From: Dehalococcoidia bacterium
GTDB taxonomy: Bacteria > Chloroflexota > Dehalococcoidia > GIF9 > AB-539-J10
Direction of reading: 5' to 3'
NCBI GenBank assembly: GCA_030615625.1
Contig: JAUWYX010000004.1
Coordinates: 76,708 to 140,707 of the forward strand
Length of the DNA stretch: 64,000 bases
In this document: piece by piece, positions 58,750 to 64,000 of the stretch
How the letters are laid out: the number at the start of each line of letters is the position of its first letter
How positions within the stretch are numbered: position 1 is the stretch's first letter
The notes under the pieces: generated by a model
Told to the model about the DNA's origin: nothing
The model's input: only the letters and a program-made list of their open reading frames with translations
Database searches by the model: none
Translations under genes and position numbers: made by a program

Positions 58750-58871
58750 AAGATACAAAAAGTATGTCCCTGAGCTTGGAAATGAGTAATTCTTGGTACC
58801 TTGTATACGATTGTGCAATATGTCGTGAAACTGTGATTTTTGACTATTGACAAGGTGAACAGGTAGCGGGC

Positions 58872-61800
58872 CTAGGCTTTCAGCATCTCCTTCTTCCGCA
58901 GCACCTTCTCCGCATCCTTCTTGGCACCGACCTTCTGAAAGATGGCAAGTGCTTCATCCAGGTCCTCATGCGCCTTGTCCCGGTCTCCCTTGCCGCCGCG
59001 AGCCAGGTACATCAATCCTCGCTCATAAAGGGTCCTGGCTTCATCCCAGGGGAGCTGGTATTGCCTGTTGATTTGGATAGCCCTGTCAAAGGACTCGGTC
59101 GCTGTATCCCAGTCCTTCCGCGCTGTGGCCAGCATACCTCTAGCCAGATACATGGGTGCAGGCAGGCCATACCAGTTCTGCCCTGGTTTCATAAGTTCGA
59201 AACCCCTGTCCACATATTCCGCCGCCTTCTCAGGCTGGCCTATCTTTATATAAAGCTCAGCCAGCACCGGAAGCACCCACAGCTCAAACAGAACGTTACC
59301 TCCGTTCCGGCAGATTTCCAGGCTTTTCAGCAGTAGCTCTTCGGCTTTCGGAAAGTTTCCCTCCTCCAGACTCAGGCTGCCCAAGGCAAGGGAACAAGCA
59401 CCCACGGCGGCAAGGTTGTTCCTGTCTTTATGGGCAGCTATTGACCCTTCCAGATACTCCCTGGCCTTTTCCGATTCTCCCTGGCGCAGATAGTGAAATC
59501 CGATGCCGGCAACATCTTCAAAGGGGCAAATTGCCCCGGTTTCTGCCACTGAGGCCTTGTCCTGTATGGTCTCGACCGCCCGGCAGGACTCCTCCGCCTT
59601 GGCAACTTCTCCGGATAGCGTATATATTAGCGCCAGCGGGCGTCTCAGGAAGAGCTCAATTATAGGTATGCCGAACTTAGTCGTCTCGGGGAGAGCTTTC
59701 TCCCCCCATTTCCTGGCCATTGGGACATCCCGCAACAAAGCCAAGTTGAGGGTAAGCTGTTGGCCCAGCATTGCGAGAGGAAGCGGACTTCCCTTCTTGA
59801 CGACCGGGGTCCAGACATTCTCATTATAGGCTATACCTTCGTCTACCCGTCCGGTGTACGTTAATGCCATCCCCAGGCTGGAGGCTGCCTTCAGCCGTGT
59901 GCCCATAGGCACACCCAGCCCGGCAAATAAGTCCACAGCCCTCTGTGCCCAACTGAGGGCGGTAGCCGGCTGTCCCAGGTGGAGATATACATGTGCCATA
60001 CGTTGATATAATAGCCCCTTCTCCACACTATCAGGGTCCTCTTCTAACGTGGTCTTGGCCGCCTCCACGTGTTCAAGGGCCAAATCTTCCCTGCCCAGGG
60101 CACTGTATATGGTTATGAAACTCATCTGAGCGCGGATTATCTTTTGTTTGTCGCCCAGCTTCTCATAGAGCTCCAGCGCCGACCTGGTATAGCCAAGGGC
60201 AGCATCATAATCCATTTGGGCTAAAGAGACGCCGACCAAATTCTCTAATACCTGCGCCTTCTTGGCAAGCTCCTCTTCTATCATTGACCCACTTTTCTCC
60301 ATCAGCTTCAGTGCGGTTTCATAATATCGCCTTGCTTGGTCCCAGGCGAACAGCCTGGCTGCTTTATCCCCAGCCTTCTGAGCGTAGTCAACGGCCTTGG
60401 ACAGGTCATTCCCCTCAAGAAAGTGGTAGGCCAGTGCTTCCAGATAATCGTCTGTCTTCCTAGCATATACATCCTCCATCGCTTCCCCAACCTTCAGATG
60501 GTGTCTTCTCCTTCTGACTGGACTGATGCCTTCGTAAAGGACATCTCTGAGCTGAGTGTCGGCGAAGGCGTAGACCTCCTCCCCCAGGATGTGCCGGGCG
60601 ACCACGAGGTGGGCCTGCAAGCACTTATCAATCATGTCTATCAATCGGTTTTCATCCAAGCCAGTGACCTCTCTCAGCATCGGAAAGCTAAACTCTCTGC
60701 CAATCACCGCTGCTAGACTAAGGACATGAGAGCATTCTTCATCCAGGCGCCCTAGCCTTTTCTGGGCTATCTCCTTTATGCCACGAGGAACATGTACATC
60801 AGAAAAGTCCTTGACCCCCCAACCTTTTTCTACAGGGTATACTGCTCCCTCTTCGACCAAAGAGCGTAATACTTCCTCGACAAAGAAAGGATTGCCTTCC
60901 GTCTTGGCATATACTAGGTCAGGCAGTTCGCTGGGAACCTTCTCGCCGAACGTCTGCCTGATCATTTGAAGAACATGATCGAAGGCCAGTCGCTTTAAGG
61001 GAAGCGCATAAGACAGCCTCTCCCGATTTATTTCAGCAACAGAGCGAGAGAGGGAACGCTGGTCTTCCAACTCCAGGTCACGATAAGCACCCACAACCAG
61101 GAGGTGCTCAGCGGTGATGGCCCGCGCCATGTGGAGCAAAAGCCCCATGGAAGCATCATCAAACCACTGCAGGTCATCCAAGAACAGCACAAGCGGAGAC
61201 TCTTTGGAGATGTTGACAAAGAACTGAGTAACCGCCTCGTAGAGGCGGACATGCTGTTGAGCAGAGGGTGCTGGCGCTGAAGATGGGATGGTGCCCAACT
61301 TCTCGCCAACCTCAGGCACCAGTTTTACCAGCTCCGGGGCGAAGGTACCCACGGCTTTGAACAGAAGAAGCGGTGGTGCCCAGCGGACATATTCCTTGAT
61401 GATATCGCTCCAGGGCTGGTAGGGGACAGCGCCCTCACGCTCACCACCCCTGCTCATGAGACACTGAGCACCTCGGAGCCTGGCGTAGCTTCTCAGCTCA
61501 TAAGCCAGCCTGGTCTTACCAATACCAGCCTCTCCGGTGATGAATACCAGGCCTCCTTCACCTCTCAAGGTTGCATCCAGGCGTGCCTTGAGGATTCTCA
61601 TTTCCTGCTCCCGGTCCACCAGCAGCTGAGCCCACAGTGGCTCAGGAGTAGGAATGGTCTCAGCAGCTTTCCCCTCGGTTGGCGCCTCCACATATGTGAG
61701 TCTGGCTTCCGGCCCCTCAATCACAGACTTGAGAGCCTGGGAAAGCTCACTGGCCGACTGGTAGCGGTTTTCGGGGTCTTTGGACAGAAGCTTCAGGATG

Positions 61801-62531
61801 ACCTGCTCCAGGGCTTCTGGAATCTCCGGGGCCAGTTTTCGGGGCATCATGGGCAGGTCGTTGATATGGCTGAAAATGATTTTAACCGGGTCATCTCCGG
61901 GGAAGGGAGGTCTGCCAGTGGCCATCTCATAGAGAACGCAGCCCAAAGAATAGAGGTCTGACCTGGCATCGGAGCGCTTTCCTAGGGCCTGCTCAGGAGG
62001 CAGGTAGGCGGGGGTCCCTACTATCACACCTCTCGGTGTGAGCTTAGGTCCGCGTAATGCTCCGGCCAGGCCGAAGTCCATCAGCTTGGGCAGACCCTCG
62101 GAGGTGATCATGATGTTCTCCGGCTTGATGTCTCGGTGGAGGATGCCATGAGAATGCGCATATTCCAGTGCCTGGCAGACCTGGCTGCCGATTCTGAGCG
62201 TGGTAGCGGCATCACAGCGTGCACCAGGTTGAGAGCTGATCAAACTGCTTAGGTTAGGGCCATCGACGAACTCCAGGATGAGGTAATGGCTCTCGTCCTC
62301 CTGGCCGATGTCGTATATGGCGACAATATGAGGATGAGAAAGGCCAGCGGTGGCCTTGGCTTCCTGTTCAAAGCGGGCAAAGGACTCCTGGTCAAGGCCT
62401 TCACCCTTAATGACTTTAATGGCTACGGTGCGGCCGAGCCTAGTGTCCTCAGCCTTGAAGACAATACCCCTGCCGCCCTCTCCTAGCTTCTTTGTGACCT
62501 TGTACCTGCCGCCCTGGAACGATTCAAACAC
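58872..62531 (-). CDS. Ser/Thr protein kinase fused to AAA/NB-ARC ATPase and TPR repeats (STAND-type)
   Basis: N-terminal kinase (GEGGRGIVFKA, HRDIKPENI, DFG), Walker A (GEAGIGKTRLA), Walker B (LFLDDLQW), and a long C-terminal TPR array. Confidence 0.8.
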   Translation of the reverse strand: MFESFQGGRYKVTKKLGEGGRGIVFKAEDTRLGRTVAIKVIKGEGLDQESFARFEQEAKATAGLSHPHIVAIYDIGQEDESHYLILEFVDGPNLSSLISSQPGARCDAATTLRIGSQVCQALEYAHSHGILHRDIKPENIMITSEGLPKLMDFGLAGALRGPKLTPRGVIVGTPAYLPPEQALGKRSDARSDLYSLGCVLYEMATGRPPFPGDDPVKIIFSHINDLPMMPRKLAPEIPEALEQVILKLLSKDPENRYQSASELSQALKSVIEGPEARLTYVEAPTEGKAAETIPTPEPLWAQLLVDREQEMRILKARLDATLRGEGGLVFITGEAGIGKTRLAYELRSYARLRGAQCLMSRGGEREGAVPYQPWSDIIKEYVRWAPPLLLFKAVGTFAPELVKLVPEVGEKLGTIPSSAPAPSAQQHVRLYEAVTQFFVNISKESPLVLFLDDLQWFDDASMGLLLHMARAITAEHLLVVGAYRDLELEDQRSLSRSVAEINRERLSYALPLKRLAFDHVLQMIRQTFGEKVPSELPDLVYAKTEGNPFFVEEVLRSLVEEGAVYPVEKGWGVKDFSDVHVPRGIKEIAQKRLGRLDEECSHVLSLAAVIGREFSFPMLREVTGLDENRLIDMIDKCLQAHLVVARHILGEEVYAFADTQLRDVLYEGISPVRRRRHHLKVGEAMEDVYARKTDDYLEALAYHFLEGNDLSKAVDYAQKAGDKAARLFAWDQARRYYETALKLMEKSGSMIEEELAKKAQVLENLVGVSLAQMDYDAALGYTRSALELYEKLGDKQKIIRAQMSFITIYSALGREDLALEHVEAAKTTLEEDPDSVEKGLLYQRMAHVYLHLGQPATALSWAQRAVDLFAGLGVPMGTRLKAASSLGMALTYTGRVDEGIAYNENVWTPVVKKGSPLPLAMLGQQLTLNLALLRDVPMARKWGEKALPETTKFGIPIIELFLRRPLALIYTLSGEVAKAEESCRAVETIQDKASVAETGAICPFEDVAGIGFHYLRQGESEKAREYLEGSIAAHKDRNNLAAVGACSLALGSLSLEEGNFPKAEELLLKSLEICRNGGNVLFELWVLPVLAELYIKIGQPEKAAEYVDRGFELMKPGQNWYGLPAPMYLARGMLATARKDWDTATESFDRAIQINRQYQLPWDEARTLYERGLMYLARGGKGDRDKAHEDLDEALAIFQKVGAKKDAEKVLRKKEMLKA

Positions 62532-62702
62532 CGCTCATCTCCTAGCACCATTAGCAGAGCCTATCGCTCAAATTTATGAGCAATTGCTGCATGATTTATA
62601 TAATCATACTCGTGGGTGAATATGGAGTCAATACTCTCTGACTCGGCGTGCTGACACCCTGATTCTTTCCAAAATTCGGTGGAGAATCTTATCTGGTAGC
62701 TT

Positions 62703-62745
62703 TGGTGAGCCGTACAGGATTCGAACCTGTGACACCCTGATTAAA
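62703..62745 (-). pseudogene. tRNA 3'-fragment (T-arm + acceptor 3' strand + CCA) without matching 5' half
   Basis: Contains ACAGG-TTCGAAT-CCTGT-ACGGCTCA-CCA, but no complementary 5' acceptor strand within 80 nt. Flanked by a 13-bp direct repeat, gacaccctgatt(c/a), at 62652 and 62730. Confidence 0.5.
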
Positions 62746-62765
62746 AGATAGATTAACGCAAGAAA

Positions 62766-62838
62766 TGCCCCCAAGGGAATTCGAATCCCTGTCTTCAGCT
62801 TGAAAGGCTGACGTCCTGGTCCCCTAGACGATGGGGGC
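62766..62838 (-). tRNA. tRNA-Glu (anticodon TTC)
   Basis: Manual fold: acceptor stem GCCCCCA/TGGGGGC, anticodon arm TCAGC-CTTTCAA-GCTGA, T-arm AGGGA-TTCGAAT-TCCCT. No encoded CCA. Confidence 0.8.
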
Positions 62839-63206
62839 AACATTAGGCATTTTAAGGGTAAATAGCTAAATGTGCAAGCCCAGACGGCTAAAATAATAAA
62901 CCTATCCATCTTTTATCATCTGTAGTTGTGGGTAAGGTAAAAGTAATTCTCACTCGTGCTTGCACTGGACTTATAGCAATCTGTATTGTCATTTTGCTAT
63001 AATGCTAGAAATTTTTTTCCGCATAATCTAAAATATAGCCGATTTCGGCTTGATAATAATTTGGATATGAGGTATCATGTGGCGGTTATTATGCACACAA
63101 CTGGTAGCCTCGAGGTGTTGAAAAGCATTGCCCAAAAGCGCCGAAAGAATTGACCGTGCACGATTGCTGGACTGCTCACGAGTAAGGATCTAAAGGAGAA
63201 TAAGGC

Positions 63207-64000
63207 ATGGCTAGAATTGGAGTTTTTCTCTGCCACTGCGGCAGTAACATAGCTGGGGCTGTGAATATCCCGGAGGTAGCTGAGGCGGCGAGAAGGCTAC
63301 CTCAGGTAATTTATGTTGAAGACAATAAGTTCACCTGTAGTGATCCTGGCCAGGCAGCTATCCAGCGGGCTATAACTGAGCATCAGCTTAACCGGGTGGT
63401 CATCGGCGCCTGTTCGCCGCGTATGCATGAGACAACCTTCCGTAGAACAGTGGCTGGTGCCGGTTTGAACCCCTATCTCCTGGAGATTGCAAACCTACGG
63501 GAGCATTGTAGCTGGGTCCACCCTGACCAAGTTGAGAAAGCTACGGCTAAGGCGATAGACCTGGTGCGGAGAGCGGTGGCTAGGGTTGCCTGGCAAGAGC
63601 CCCTCACCCCCAAGCAAGTTGGCATAACCAGACGAGCTTTGGTCATCGGTGGCGGCATTGCTGGCATCCAGGCTTCCTTAGATATCGCAGATGCTGGCTA
63701 TGAGGTTATCTTGGTTGAGCGAGAGCCCTCCATCGGGGGACATATGGCCCAGTTGGACAAGACTTTCCCCACCCTGGATTGTTCTGCCTGCATCCTGACG
63801 CCCAAGATGACTATGGTAGGACAGCATGCCAATATTAAGCTAATGAGCTACAGTGAAGTGGAGGATGTCTCAGGGTATATAGGAAACTTTCGGGTCAAGA
63901 TTAAAAACAAGAGCCGCTACATCGATGTGAGCAAATGCACAAGCTGTAGTGAGTGTGCTAAGGTTTGTCCCGTCGAACTAAATAGTGAATTTGACGAGAA
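63207..64000 (+). CDS. hdrA: heterodisulfide reductase subunit A-like flavoprotein (partial, 3' end off window)
   Basis: RBS (aaggaga), then MARIGVFLCHCGSNIAG, the FAD fold VIGGGIAGIQASLD, and ferredoxin Cys clusters (CTSCSECAKVCPVE). Confidence 0.75.
   Translation, partial: MARIGVFLCHCGSNIAGAVNIPEVAEAARRLPQVIYVEDNKFTCSDPGQAAIQRAITEHQLNRVVIGACSPRMHETTFRRTVAGAGLNPYLLEIANLREHCSWVHPDQVEKATAKAIDLVRRAVARVAWQEPLTPKQVGITRRALVIGGGIAGIQASLDIADAGYEVILVEREPSIGGHMAQLDKTFPTLDCSACILTPKMTMVGQHANIKLMSYSEVEDVSGYIGNFRVKIKNKSRYIDVSKCTSCSECAKVCPVELNSEFDE

Noticed and set aside
59770-59795. cattgcgagaggaagcgg, a partial match to family B, inside the kinase gene
   Set aside because: Only the 9-nt 5' arm matches. 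The 3' gcaatctc arm and the hairpin are absent, so it is probably a chance match.
62628-62909. 93-aa minus-strand ORF
   Set aside because: It overlaps tRNA-Glu and the tRNA fragment. It is a spurious ORF spanning RNA genes.

Overview
This is a bacterial chromosomal segment of roughly 50% GC. Left arm (1-20.7 kb): a conserved housekeeping block. It contains rpsP plus a KH-domain protein gene; a complete nine-gene V/A-type ATPase operon on the minus strand (H-I-K-E-C-F-A-B-D); endonuclease V; prfB with its classic CUU-UGA-C programmed +1 frameshift; a secreted HExxH peptidase; radC; a DUF362-ferredoxin gene; an ABC substrate-binding lipoprotein; an AmmeMemoRadiSam radical-SAM/AMMECR1 pair; and a DUF47-Pit phosphate transporter pair. 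Middle (20.7-50 kb): an accessory region carrying three palindromic MITE-like repeat families. (A) A roughly 58-bp REP element (gtagtgcgacccttcagggtcgtgc...cacgaggctaaagcctcgcactac) in at least 11 copies, including a five-unit tandem array, flanking a REP-associated tyrosine transposase (RAYT) gene. (B) A roughly 30-40-bp element (gtcattgcgagc-[hairpin]-g(t/a)(a/g)gcaatctc) in at least 13 copies, several inserted in-frame inside phage structural genes. (C) AT-rich palindromes of 100-160 bp (aaatgcaaaatgacaga...ttgtcattttgatttttg) that fill intergenic gaps. This region also encodes an isolated phage terminase-large-subunit-like gene; a tubulin/FtsZ-family GTPase; paralogous surface proteins with C-terminal transmembrane anchors; a head-only phage-like module (HTH protein, portal, scaffold, HK97-type capsid, connector, small membrane proteins, fibre-like and large structural protein); a NYN-domain protein; an MBL-fold hydrolase; prepilin peptidase; and two GLUG-repeat lipoproteins. 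Right arm (50-64 kb): DUF72, uvrC, a XerC/D-like recombinase, pcm, acyl-CoA dehydrogenase, etfBA, nitroreductase, a Ser/Thr-kinase-AAA-TPR protein, tRNA-Glu(TTC) next to a tRNA 3' fragment, and the start of an hdrA-like gene. No CRISPR array and no rRNA were found.
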